DNA of 64,000 nt from Octopus sinensis (taxonomy: Eukaryota), in the NCBI RefSeq assembly GCF_006345805.1, contig NC_043015.1:32550001-32614000 (forward strand), in the 5' to 3' direction. How positions within the stretch are numbered: position 1 is the stretch's first letter; every line of letters begins with the position of its first letter. The notes below the pieces were generated by a model. It saw nothing but the letters and a program-made list of their open reading frames with translations. It was not told the DNA's origin and made no database searches. The translations under genes were made by a program, and so were the position numbers. This document shows positions 12,475 to 25,475 of the stretch, piece by piece.

Positions 12475-12621
12475 ACAAAAATGTTTTTAATGAATAGCTA
12501 TGATGCAAAGGGGGCGCAACTCGATACACAAATTTAGACCGGTATTCACGCACAATCTCGTCTATATAAGGACTGTGTCTTGAAGTCGAATTGAAAATAT
12601 ATTGCGGTAATCCGGCCAAAT
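12475..12621 (-). CDS. Candidate internal coding exon (147 nt, phase 1-1), possibly LIVBP/ANF-receptor-type N-terminal domain of a glutamate receptor-like protein
   Basis: Acceptor CTCTCTTTTCACATTCTTTTTCAG|, donor |GTAAGT, length a multiple of 3, open frame DLAGLPQYIFNSTSRHSPYIDEIVREYRSKFVYRVAPPLHHSYSLKTFL, non-repetitive DNA. Product is a by-eye inference. Confidence 0.55.
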
Positions 12622-12934
12622 CTGAAAAAGAATGTGAAAAGAGAGACATTAGTACAAATGTCGTTCTGTCTCAGCTTCACAACACACTTTATCCGTATCA
12701 GTTACCTACATACAGTGACTGTCAAGAATTGCCAAAAGAGAATAAAAAAACAGGAAGTACTCTGTTCATATGGTTTAATGTCAAATCGGCCTGCCGCGCA
12801 TTCACGGTTAATGACTTAAATTTGTAATATTTAAAGCTTTCTTTAACATATTTCGAAGTCAAAACTGATTCACTGCAATTTTATTTCCTTCGCTTTAAAA
12901 ATATGCCGTGCTCACAATCTTCCAGCTACTACTG

Positions 12935-12997
<63 letters not shown>

Positions 12998-13006
12998 ATA
13001 ATAATA

Positions 13007-13039
<33 letters not shown>

Positions 13040-13047
13040 TGATGATG

Positions 13048-13135
<88 letters not shown>

Positions 13136-13661
13136 GATAAGGATAATTCTTTCTTTGTTACTGCCACAAGATTGATAAGAATAATTTCCCCTTGGATTCC
13201 TATGTGTGACAAACGTTCTTTATGATCTGTTAATGTATCAATTTTTTATGTATCTGTCAACAATTTTAGTCCTCTGCACAATAGCAATGTCAGACTCTCT
13301 TTTTCTCTACCGCAACACTGTGTATTTGTTTATTTATTATTTCCCTTTCACTTCCTCTTTTTTCAGTGTTTTTCTCTTCCTTTAATAGCTCTTTCGAACA
13401 TTAAAACAAACATTCTTCAATTCTTTTTCTCTAATATATGTAGACCCAGCACACATTTACATATGCTTGTACATGTATATATGTATATCTATATATATGT
13501 GTGTACCCGTGTTTATGTGTGCATACATAAATGTATGTATTTATACACATACACACAATGACATATATACATACACACACACAGGCATATATATATATAT
13601 ATATATATACACACGCAAGCATATTTAGGCACGTATATACATATATGTGTGTGTGTGCAAG

Positions 13662-13702
<41 letters not shown>

Positions 13703-13713
13703 GTCTCTCTCTC

Positions 13714-13762
<49 letters not shown>

Positions 13763-13763
13763 G

Positions 13764-13824
<61 letters not shown>

Positions 13825-14227
13825 GTATGCATGTATGTATGTTTCTATATATGTATATAACCTATATACGCTTTGTTTTCGTGTGTTGAGAATGTTTGTT
13901 GAATTTTCTCTTTTCCCTCCACTTTTGCAGCAGTTTTCTCTAATGTTGATAATTTTACAGTTTATTTCTATGTATATATATATTTTATATGTTATATTTA
14001 GTAGAACAGTTCTCCAATGTCAGCCATTACCTTTCTTTATTGCTGTTTCCTACTTGGACACTTTTACAAATAAATACACACATACACAACCAGCCTTTAC
14101 TCTACATTGCAACCATTACAGATTTCTGTTACATAATCTATCTTGTTTATTTTTCTGCAGGGTTTTGTATGTATGTATGTATGTATGTATGTATGTATGT
14201 ATGTATGTATGTATGCATGCATGCATG

Positions 14228-14277
<50 letters not shown>

Positions 14278-14369
14278 CATGCATGCATGTATGTATGTAT
14301 GTATGTATGTATGTATGTATGTATGTATGTATGTATGTATGTATGTACAATGTTGGTTTCAAATTTTGG

Positions 14370-15000
14370 CACAGTTAGTTCAAGGTTGGAGCTAAGTCGA
14401 TTACATCGATCCCAGAGTTCGACTGCTACTTATTTTATCGTCCCCGAAAGGATGAAAGGCAAAGTAGGCCTCGACAGAATTTGAACCCAAAACGTAAATA
14501 CAGATGAAACTTTGCTAAGCATTTTTCCTCGGCGTGCTAACGATTCTGCCAGCTCGTCCGACGCGCTAAAGATCCTGCCTGCTCTCTGCCTTACTCTATA
14601 TGTGTAATATTAATTACCAATTTTGGTAAAAGGGCAGCAAGGAGGCAATTTCAACCCCGGTGTTCCACTGGTGGAGGCGCAATGACCCAGTGGTTAGGGC
14701 AGCGGACTCGCGGTCGGAGGATCGTGGTTTCGATTCCCAGACCGGGCATTGTGTGTGTTTATTGAACAAAAACACCTAAAGCCCCACGAGGCTCCAGCAG
14801 GGGGTGGGGTGGGGTGGCGACCCCTGTTGTACTCTTTCGCCCCAACTTTATCTAAAAAAAAAACAAAAAACAAAGAAACTCGACTGGTACTTCTTTTTAA
14901 TTGAGCCCGAAAGGATGTAAGACGAAGTTGATCTCAGCGGAATTTGAACTCAGAACGTAAAGACTGACGAAATGTGTGCTAATGCTTCTGCCAGTTCGCC
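14370..15000. mobile_element. Cluster of SINE fragments: family A (-) 14370-14560, family B head (+) 14671-14850, family A (-) 14880-15000
   Basis: Shared GAAAGGATGAAAGGCAAAG core; GGAGGCGCAATGACCCAGTGGTTAGGG head. Confidence 0.85.
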
Positions 15001-16079
15001 ATCTTATTTATGTGCAATGATAGTACATTGATGTATGTGTACTTTCAGTGTGCATATATCTATGCTTAATAGCAATATTTGCATGCGTTTGATATTAAGA
15101 CGCGTGTGTGTCTATGTGTGTAAGTGTGAGATCATCGTGTGAGTTTGTGTGTGTGTTTGTATGTGTGTATGTATGTATATGCGTGTCTTACGAATGTAGA
15201 TATGCATATTTGTTAGGTATATATTTACCTGTGAAATAGGAGCATCTATGATTCATATGAACGTGTGTATATGCGATATACGAATATACATTTGTGTAAA
15301 GGCCAGATGCGCACATGTTAGTGTGCATACGAATGTACTTGTTTCTGTGTGTAATATGTATGCGCATTTATGTGATATAAACGCATGGATGCTTGATATC
15401 AATGTGTACATATATATGTATAAGCATGATGTACGTTTACACTTTCGTGTATATGTATATGTGTATATTTGTGTATGCGTGAAATCAATATGTGCCTGTG
15501 TATGCACGTACGCATGCATGTATATGTTATACGAATATTTGTATATGTACATATATGTATGTGTTGTTTTATCTATTTAAATATTAAACTCAGCGATTGT
15601 TATTTCGATTTCGATGCTTCTCGTCTTTATTCTATTTGTTCCTTAATACATTTACTTCTCTGCCAATGCCTCTTTGTTTCTTTTAAATTTTATCTTAATA
15701 CAAACGCGGGACTGTTTCTACACGTCCATATCATATGTAATTCTAAGGTTTCAAAGCTATTTCCATCCAGTTTTTTAACCTTGTTTCTTATCTTTTAATT
15801 ATTCTTATCATTTCATTCTCTCCTATAAAATTACTCACGCTTTAGTTACTTAACACCCGCATGTTTTTCTATATCTTCTCTTTGCAAAGTACCAGAGATT
15901 TCATATCTGTGCTTCAAAATTTCATAAACCGCTGTTGATTAATTTAATTTACATCAAATTAGCTTAGTATTTTTGTCACTAATTTAAATCGGATACCAAT
16001 TTAATTAGCACCTTCCTAACCATATATTAATACTTTAACACCTGAAAATAGGTTTATGGTAATTTGTTTTATAGATATA

Positions 16080-16222
16080 TAGGTGTAGGAGTAGTTGTGT
16101 GGTAAGAAACTTGCTTCCCACCCACATGGTTCCGGGTTCAGTTCCACTGCGTGGCACATTGGGCAAGTGTCTTCTACTATAGCGTCGAGCCTTGTGAGTG
16201 GATTTGGTAGACAGAAACTGTC

Positions 16223-16225
<3 letters not shown>
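16080..16225 (+). mobile_element. SINE family C, 5' half
   Basis: GTGTGGTAAGAAACTTGCTTCCC...GGTTCAGTTCC...TTGGGCAAGTGTCTTC, ending in (TA)n. Confidence 0.85.
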
Positions 16226-16271
<46 letters not shown>

Positions 16272-16289
16272 AAAATTATAAACAATGGT

Positions 16290-17085
16290 ATCTAAGAGAT
16301 ACCACCAAAGGTCAAATCGTACTCATTTTGTCGAATGTGAAAGGATAAAAGGCAAAGTGAAGTTCGGCGGAATTTGAACTCAGAACGTAAAGACAGAACG
16401 TAAATCTTCAACATCTTAACGATTCTGCCAGTTTGGCAACTTGTCACCTTTAATAATATTCGGTAATATCTCTTTCTACTATAGGTACAAGGTCTGAAAT
16501 TTGAGGGGCGGGGAATAGTCAATTATATCAAACCCGGTGTTCAGCTGGTACTCTTTTTATCGTCTCCGAAAGAATGAAAGGCAAAGTCGACCTCGGTGGA
16601 ATTTGAATTTGGAACGTACAGAGACGGTGAAACGCTGCTAAGAATTTTGTCCCGTGTGCTAACGATTCTTATTTCTTTACTGCCCACAAGGGGATAAACA
16701 TAGAGGGGACAAACAGGGACAGACAAACGGATTAAGTCGATTATATCGACCCCAGTGCGTAACTGGTACTTATTTAATCGACCCCGAAAGGATGAATGGC
16801 AAAGTCGACCTCGGCGGAATTTGAACTCAGAACGTAGCGGCAGACGAAATACTTATTTCTTTATTACCCACAAGGGGCTAAACACAGAGGAGACAAACAA
16901 GGACAGACAAACGGATTAAGTCGATTATATCGACCCCAGTGTGTAACTGGTACTTATTTAATCGACCCCGAAAGGATGAAAGGCAAAGTCAACCTCGGCG
17001 GAATTTGAACTCAGAACGTAGCGGCAGACGAAATACCGCAAGGCATTTTGCCCGGCACGCTAACGGTTCTACCTGCTCGCCACGT
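16290..17085 (-). mobile_element. Stack of at least four SINE family A copies, two of them young and head-to-tail
   Basis: 16668-16853 and 16854-17085 are nearly identical; older copies at 16320-16440 and 16530-16667. Confidence 0.9.
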
Positions 17086-17368
17086 TATGATATTCCGTGG
17101 TAATACTATTATGATATTCCGTGGTAATACTATTGAAGTGGCCATCGAAACCATGGCCACTTCAGCAATAGCTGAATTTCATAAACGATTTAATATTTCT
17201 CCATAATTTCTTAAAACAGTGACCTTAGTCCACCTCTTTCTATTTTGTCCATCCCAACCTTTTTGCTTTTCTCTTATTTTCTCTTTCCTTTTAATGTTTC
17301 TTACACATCCTCCTTACTCTCCTATCCTTCTCACTTACTGTTACATTGTTGAATTCATTAATTTAATA

Positions 17369-17753
17369 TGTGGAGGCGCAATGGCCCAGTGGTTAGGGTA
17401 GCGGACTCGCGGTCATAGGACCGCGGTTTCGATTCCCAGACCGGGCGTTGTGAGTGTTTATTGAGCGAAAACACCTAAAGCTCCACGAGGCTCCGGCAGA
17501 GGATGGTGGTGATCCCTGCTGTACTCTTTCACCACAACTTTCTCTCACTCTTACTTCCTGTTTCTGTTGTACCTGTATTTCAAGGGGCCGGCCTTGTCAC
17601 TCTCTGTGTCACGCTGAATATCCCCGAGAACTACGTTAAGGGTACACGTGTCTGTGGAGTGCTCAGCCACTTACACGTTAATTTCACGAGCAGGCTGTTC
17701 CGTTGATTCGGATCAACCGGAACCCTCGTCGTCGTAACCGACGGAGTGCTTCC
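17369..17753 (+). mobile_element. Full-length tRNA-derived SINE family B with 32-bp target site duplication
   Basis: A box TGGCCCAGTGG, B box GGTTTCGATTCC; exact duplication ACTGTTACATTGTTGAATTCATTAATTTAATA at 17337-17368 and 17754-17785. Confidence 0.95.
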
Positions 17754-18899
17754 ACTGTTACATTGTTGAATTCATTAATTTAATAATAGTATTATATATT
17801 TTCATTCCTTTTCTTTCTCAATTGAAATCCTAGAAAGTCAGATAACTGATGCCTTGGGCATCTATTCAGAGAAGAAGCGTTGGTTTGAAGTAAAAGTGCA
17901 AGTCACTGATGAACGCCAGAAGCTTTGCAATTCTCGTCTCTGTATTACAGTTGCTTACTCGATAAGCTGGTATCACTGTCGATTAAAGACTGGGGTCACC
18001 GGTCACTGGGAATAAGGACAGTTTAGTATAAATTACAGTACTTGACCTGACTTGACCTTATTCCGTTGCAAATGAGCTAATTATGACCCGAGAATCTAAG
18101 CTCATAGTATTAATAGTTCATTTAGGGAAGTGTTTACCACAAACTCACTTCACTTCTATTCAGAACATCCATTGCTGCAAGACCTCTCTTATGCTTTTGA
18201 AGCAGTTAATTATCTACACCTTTTTACTTTTTCAATTAAAATTACTGAATTTCCAATTAAAAGAAATGACTCTTAGATTAAAACAACTGAGATATCATTT
18301 TAATTACGTGAATGTTTACTTAAAACAAATGAACGCCAATTTAAAATATATGAAAGTCAGTTTAAACTGAACAACTCATTTAAAACAAGCAAAAGTTAAC
18401 ATAAATCTGAATTTAAAATTTTGGGAATGTCTTTTATTCATAAACATATGGAAAGATGCGAACGTCAGAACCAAAATTACTAATCAAATCGTCCACTACA
18501 TTCATTTCTATTAAAGTTGGTAAGGCAGAATATGAAGAGTTGGTTGCTATTATTAGCTGTCCGAACAACCTCATAATAGTACGCTCGTTTGTTATACTTG
18601 GTGATAACCCTCCTTCTGTTAGTTGATGCAAGATTAGTCAAGAATGGAAGATGTGTTGAGACGTCTGTACACATGGCTACGCTAACTGTATGTAAAAATG
18701 GATGAAAAAGATTCAACTGATATTAACATCTAAAAGTGTAATACTGGTTTAAGAAAATTATATATTCTTCAACATAGTACTATTCAGTATAATCATCGTC
18801 TTTTTAGTTTTCTTGGTATTATTGTGGTTGCATATCGGTTAATTACGTGGCTTCAAGTACTTGTAGCAGTAAGGCTTCAGGTGCAAACGAATATATCTC

Positions 18900-20200
18900 A
18901 GATGAAGGTGATATTCAGACCAACTTTCAAGAGCTGAATAGGAGTGAAGACTACTATGAAGCAGGACAAATATTCCAAAACCGAAAATCTGCACAATTGA
19001 TGAAGCTAAGAAAAATATTATGGCAGTAGCTGAGAAGGATGCTGTCTGGAAAGCTGTTGCAGAAGCTAGTGTTATCACTATCTCTACTGAATATGAGTGT
19101 TTACGTCGAGCGGATGGACCGACAAAAAATGCAGTGGTTCTTGTACGGCAAAAGTTTGTCAGACGCCTATTGACATGATGGTACAATGGATGCAGATGGT
19201 ACAAAGGCGGCAAGCTGGCAGAAACGTTAGCACGCCGGGCGAAATGCGTAGCCGTATTTCGTCTGCCGTTACGTTCTGAGTTCAAATTCCGCCGAGGTCG
19301 ACTTTGCCTTTCATCCTCTCAAGGTCGATTAAATAAGTACCAGTTACGCACTGGGATCGATGTAATCGACTTAATCTGTTTATCTGTCCTTGTTTGTCCC
19401 CTCTGTGTTTAGCCCCTTGTGTGCAGTAAAGAAATAGGTACAATGGGTGCAGAGAAGAGCGGTTATCACACTGAAGAAGATTGCTACCAGATTTGGAAAC
19501 GAAACTGGTATCATTGTGATCTTGGGCATGTAGACAGGCGATTCACTGCTTCCAGAACCAGTCTCACTGAACTCCGAGGCAAGAACACAAAAAACTGAAA
19601 GGATGTGTAGAGAAACTAATGAATGGGGTTAGATGTGTGAAAACGATAGAAGTCTCGGTCATCTCAGAGGTGTTCACATAGTGGAGTTCTCTGCATGATG
19701 GAAAATGGGAAGTTTTACATAAAAAAGAAAAGACATTCATAGTCTTGGTGGAATTCCTCAATTTTCCAGCATCCTGTATTAAGAACGGAGAAAAAAAAAA
19801 CAGCTACGAAAAGGAAGAATGTCGCAAATGGCTACGACAGGTTCTCCGTTCGATCTCTGAGCCTTTCAATGACGTTGTCTGTGATAATCCAATCAGTTCC
19901 TGCTGGTCTTGAATGCATTGTTGTGGAGGAAGAATTTTACATTCTCGAAATAATACGCACAAGTCCATGTAGTCCTCTATAGAAATCTGTCAGAGCGTCA
20001 TGAAAGCCGCTATGAAGCGGCACCTAGGAAATATTTTTGCTACTATGATGAGCGCTCCACCAGTTGGTATGACACAGACAAAGTACCGAATGCAGTATCT
20101 AGAACAATGCATCGAAAATTCAATTTCAACCATCATACCAATTCTGTATCTAAGAATTTGTGTCCAAGTCGCAAAAACATTTTGCTGATATGGTGCAGCT
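18900..20200 (+). pseudogene. Possible ancient hAT transposase remnant, interrupted by a SINE A at ~19206-19440
   Basis: Weak frame-broken pieces (GTMGAEKSG, WYHCDLGH) in the order expected for the hAT DG..M.G and HC..H motifs. Not decisive. Confidence 0.3.
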
Positions 20201-20899
20201 ACAGGATTTACATTTAGGTGATAAATGAATGTTTGTTTTATATAATTTTATGTACTGACGACTAACTAATTAATACGTCATACGTTGTTTTCTGTTTTCT
20301 AACAATACATAAGAAATACCCATCCATTATCATGTAACTTGTTTTCACCTGTATAAATAGCAAGCAAAATTCTCTTTTCTTTTTCTCTTTTCTTCTTCGC
20401 TATGATGTTATATCTTAAACATAACCGTAACCCATTTTACTGACGATTTACAGAGAGCAAAACTGTTTTAACGCAGCATACATGAAATATCTGTAACTTA
20501 CTTTATCTTACAGTGATGTGTACTAATAAACCGGAAATGACATTTAACAATCTGGTTTCTCTTGTACAAAATCTTTAATATGTCAGGACATATGACTATG
20601 AACAAAATATGATGTTTTAAATCAAGCGTGTTGTTTTAGTTTTACATTAGCTATTTTCATATGAATTTTATATTTTAAATTAATATTCATTTGTTTTGAA
20701 TAAAAGTTAATTTGATTTAGATTAATGTTCATATCATTTAAATCATAGTTCAATCATTTTAATTTGAGATATCCTTGTCCTAATTTGAAATTCGTTCATA
20801 GCAATTTTAAAATTCTGTTGATTTGATATGAAAGTCAATATGTGTATTTGGAAGATAATAATATAGAGTAAGAAATAATTTTGTGTGTATTAATAATTT

Positions 20900-21630
20900 C
20901 TACTGTCGGAACAAGGCTGAAGTTTTGGAGGAGAGTGATAGTCGATTATATCGACGCCAGTCCTCAACCGGTTCTTAATTTATCGAATCCGAAAGGATGA
21001 ATGGCAAAGTCGACCTCAGCGGAATTTGAACTCAGAACTAACGTCGGAAGAACTGTCGCTAAGTATGTTGTTCGACGCGGTAACGATTCTGCACCTCGTC
21101 GCCTTTTTGTGTACATTGATAATCCTTTCTACTAGAAGCATAGGCTAGAAATTTTGGGTGAGCGGACTGGTCGATTACATCGACACCAGTGTTTCACTGG
21201 TATTTTACCTTTCATCCTTTCGGGTTCGATAAATTAAGTACCAGTTACGCACTGGGGTCGATGTAATCGACTTAATACCTATGTCTGTCCTTGTTTGTTC
21301 CCTCTATGTTTAGCCCCTTGTGGGTAATAAAGAAATAGGTATTCAATTTATTGACCCCGAAAGAATGAAAGGCAAAGTCAACCCTGGAGGAATTTGAACC
21401 CAGAATGTAAAGATGGTAACGATGCTGCTAGCTCACTGCCTTTTTGTGTTTATTAATAATGAAGCATTTTATCATTTACCTGCTCGATAATTTGATCGCA
21501 TTATTCCCTTTCGTGGGAGGAGGTAAATCAGTTGAATCGACCCCAGTACTAAACTAGCACTTATTTTATTGATACCGCGAAACATTTTGCCCGGCGTGCA
21601 AACGGTTCTCTCAGTTCGCCGTCTTAAATG
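20900..21630 (-). mobile_element. Cluster of SINE A copies, including a 5'-truncated antisense copy nested at ~21205-21340
   Basis: Repeated GAAAGGATGAATGGCAAAGTCGACC cores; inner copy reads + and ends AAAGAAATAGGT. Confidence 0.88.
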
Positions 21631-22342
21631 CTATTCTCAAGATTGGCCAGCCTGAAGACAGTTGCATTAAAAAGTTTCTATTTTCTGCCGAAAAATAGTG
21701 AAATATAGTTTTGAGTATGGCTGCTAAGATATGCCAGCTTTCGGAAAAATAACATTTTCATTTCTGTCTTGGCTTAATAAAAACGAACTTTAAACACAAA
21801 AGAAATTTAGACAAAATAACTGCAGGCATATTATCTTTTAAAGTATAATGAAATTCAAAGAGCGTTTGAGTATTTTAAATAACAAACTGTAAATTAATAA
21901 ATGAAATTAAACAGAAGCAAGCAAAATCATCTTTTCTTTTCTTTTCTTCTTTTTTTTGCTATGATGCTATATTTTAAACATAACCGTAACCCATTTTTCC
22001 TGACAATTTTCGGAGAGCAAAACTGTTTTAACGTTGTTTACAAAATAAATTTTTGTGCAAAAGAAAAAAAGTAGTATAAGTGATACCAGTAATACCAGTA
22101 GTGCTACTTCTATATTGTTGTAATTAAATATAATTATCATACTAATGTGAGGAGACTGACTTAAAATCAGCTTCTTACTTTTACGTTAATGTGATTTTTT
22201 ACTACAGACTTGATCTATAACCTGGATTTGTTCTTAAATATTTTATATTCTTTAATTTTCGTGGTGAGGAATGAACATTAAAAATTTTATGAGCATGAGA
22301 AAATAGGATGAAAACGAAACTGCAAATAACGAGACAGGAAAA

Positions 22343-23750
22343 ATGGCGAAAAAATATAAATCAGAAGAAAAACGACACACTATTTCCACGCCCGATTTAA
22401 CAGGTGACGGATGCCAGCGGAAATGTTACAGTTTCGTTGAAGGTAATGATATAGAGTACGATGCTAATCCTTCAAACAAATTAACGGACGATATCAAGCA
22501 TAGTATTCTTGTGAAGTGTTACGCACTTCCAGCAAATTATAATTTCAGAAAAAAAAAAAGAGCAAAGGGTTCCACGCAGATTTCGTCGTGTGCAGTTAAC
22601 CGAATATTCATTGTGGATTAGTTATTCTTCACGCATGAAAGGAGCCTTCTGCAAGAATTGTACAATACAAAGCATCTTTACTAACACAATTTTACAAAAT
22701 ATAACGACTTTTGTTACTGTGCAAAGAATCATATATCAAGCAGAGATATTGAAGTCGATGTTGTGAATGTTGCGACTATCAGAAACAAACCAAAAAGAGA
22801 ATTCTATGCCAGCTTAACAAGCTTTGAAACGGCAGAGGAAAATTGAAAAAAAAAATGCAATTTGCTATACTCTTAACAATTTTATTATGTTGTACTCGTG
22901 ACTTGACTTTATGGAAGGACAAAGACACAACTGGAAATCGTCAGAGCCTCTTATAGGTTCCGTATTAAAGCAAGAGATAAGGCGTTAAGAACTCCTTTGA
23001 AACATTCTTCAGATGTTTCTTATGCGTTTGTCTGTGTGAGATGTAAAATGATCAAATTGTGTGAAAAAATTATAAAGGAGGATATTGTTTCTCTGGCCTG
23101 TGTTGTACCTGGGTTTTCAATAATCACTGATGAAAGTGCTAACTTACCTGAAAAGGTGTAATTGTCACTTGCTGCACAATTTGCTAACACAGGTGAATCT
23201 CATGACATTGTTTGAGAGGAATGTCTTGGCGTTGCACCATTAAGTGAATGGAGATCATGACTCTATTTCAAATACAATCGTAAGGTCAGCTTAGAAAATT
23301 TAAGTTACATTTAGAAAAAAACTAGGTGGCCTACACAGTAGAGGCGCCCTACAGCACTTTGAGAAGTATAAAACTTTGATTAACGTCAATGGTGTCAATA
23401 TAAAACTTTCATTAAAGTCAATAAGGACATAAGATTAATTCAAGGAAATTTTTTCGAAAGTCGAACAACTGACTGAAAAATCAAACACCAGCGTAACTCT
23501 TCTCAGAGATTGTGATCGGCAAAAATCCCTTTTGAATATTAGTGACTAATATATATAGAAAATATTTTCGTAGATTAGCCATCATTATTGGAAAATCAAT
23601 TTGATGTTGAAATTACAGCAGTTTGTAACATCTGTCCAGTTCATCCGCCCAAAATGGCGAAGCTTACAATGAAAGAATTCATGAAGCAGATTGCACACAT
23701 CATTAAGCTATAAGTAATTGAAAATTTAGAAACTGAAGCCGGCCTGCTGA
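22343..23750 (+). pseudogene. hAT (ZMYM1/THAP12-like) transposase remnant
   Basis: Frame-broken WISYSSRMKGAFCKNC (TTF-type zinc finger) followed by CEKIIKEDIVSLACVVPGFSIITDESA...EECLGVAPL (DUF4371-like FSII.DE motif). Confidence 0.8.
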
Positions 23751-24302
23751 CCTGATATTCTGGAGTTTTCATGGCCTGCAGCCGTCTCTTCATTACGAAA
23801 GCACGCATGCACACACACACTTACCCACACACACGCACGCAGCAACACACATACATATACGCCATACACATATATCAAATGTGTACACATTTACATACAT
23901 GTATATATAAGCGCACATATATGTGTATCTGTGTACATATATGTGTATGTGTGTGTATTTGTGCGTGAAGAAATATGTTATTCATGAATCAGACAGTGCT
24001 CCACCGGACATGGGCTAAAAATATCCCGGACTTAGGTTTCACAAATAATACAGTGCTGATCCATAATGTGAAAGTGACACCATATATTCATGCACGCGCA
24101 CACACGCACACACGCACACACACATGCACACACATGCACACACACACGCGTGCACACACACACATACGCACACACACATGCACACACATGCACACACACA
24201 CACGCGCGCACACACACATGCACACACATGCACACATACACACACACATACACACACGCGCGCATACACACACACACACACACACACTCAGTCGCACGCA
24301 CT

Positions 24303-25164
24303 TACATGGTGCATTTCAGAAGTTTTCAGACATTTTCAGGCGAGACATTTATCCTTAATTTCAAAGACGTATAAAACGCTGATCTCCCTCAAAGCAGGTT
24401 CTTCTAACTTCACTGCACTTGTTGCCACTTCATGAAGGTCTGGATGATAGAAGTTCCTCCAGAATGAAGGTGTCCAGAACCCTTGTCACGAACAAACAAA
24501 AGTTCACAGAGAGCATGGTCTGGACTGTAGGGCGAATGAGGGACAGTTATGATGCCCATCTCCGTTAAGCAGTTGGTTTCTAGAATGATCACCCTTCTGT
24601 AACCTTGAAACAAACGTTGTACGAATTTTGAGCATGTTCAGGGCTTCATGAATAACTCTGTGTACAATCACCGCACACTGACACCAAACTATATGTTTAT
24701 TTTCTTTAAGGACACACGACGGTCTTCATCCAGATAATTGCCAATTTTTCCAACCACTTCTAACGTTCTGACGTTCATCTCCCTCTGACAGCTCTCATAA
24801 TCTCTTACCTTCTCTGTACCGTCCTTGAAACTACTGCGCCAGCGAAAAGGTTAATTCATAAACGGTTTGGGATATTTCATAAGTTTCTGTAATGTTTATT
24901 TTTTATCCAGTTTAACACGAAACATTATTGGCTTAATGAACTTCCCAAACATCCCGACTACATTCTAAATAGTAGTCAGCTGTATTAAGCAGAGTTTAGT
25001 AGGGTGTGTTTAAAGTGTTGCTACAGCTGTCTCCTTCGACCTAGAATTAAAAAAATTGACAGATCAACTAATTTGACGTATAGTAATGATGTACTAAAAT
25101 TACAATAGCACAGTTATAAATGTCTCTTCTAAAAAGTCTCCAAACTTATGGAATATACCTCGTA
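24303..25164 (-). mobile_element. Internally deleted mariner transposon
   Basis: Degenerate inverted termini TACATGGTGCATTTCAGAAGTTTTCAGAC / TACGAGGTATATTCCATAAGTTTGGAGAC; minus-strand TVPHSPYSPDH motif and N-terminal WRSSFKDG segment. Confidence 0.85.
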
Positions 25165-25199
25165 CATATATACATACATATAAATACACACACACGCAC

Positions 25200-25237
<38 letters not shown>

Positions 25238-25390
25238 GTGCGTGTGTGTGTATTTATATGTATTGTATATATGTACGAGGTATATTCCATAAGTTTGGAG
25301 ACTTTTTAGAAGAGACATTTATAACTGTGCTATTGTAATTTTAGTACATCATTACTATACGTCAAATTAGTTGATCTGTCAATTTTTTTA

Positions 25391-25396
<6 letters not shown>
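25042..25396. repeat. Near-perfect 355-bp palindrome centred on (TA)n
   Basis: Left and right arms are reverse complements with a single 1-nt indel; the same N-terminal peptide appears in ORFs 25100..25318(-) and 25120..25338(+). Confidence 0.95.

Positions 25397-25475
<79 letters not shown>

Noticed and set aside
12591-12827. Plus-strand 78-aa Cys-containing ORF
   Set aside because: No ATG start or good acceptor; it overlaps the minus-strand acceptor of the better-supported exon.
17369-17445. tRNA genes at SINE heads (also ~2000, 27810, 53455)
   Set aside because: A/B boxes are present but the cloverleaf is incomplete and the sequence continues into interspersed-repeat bodies.
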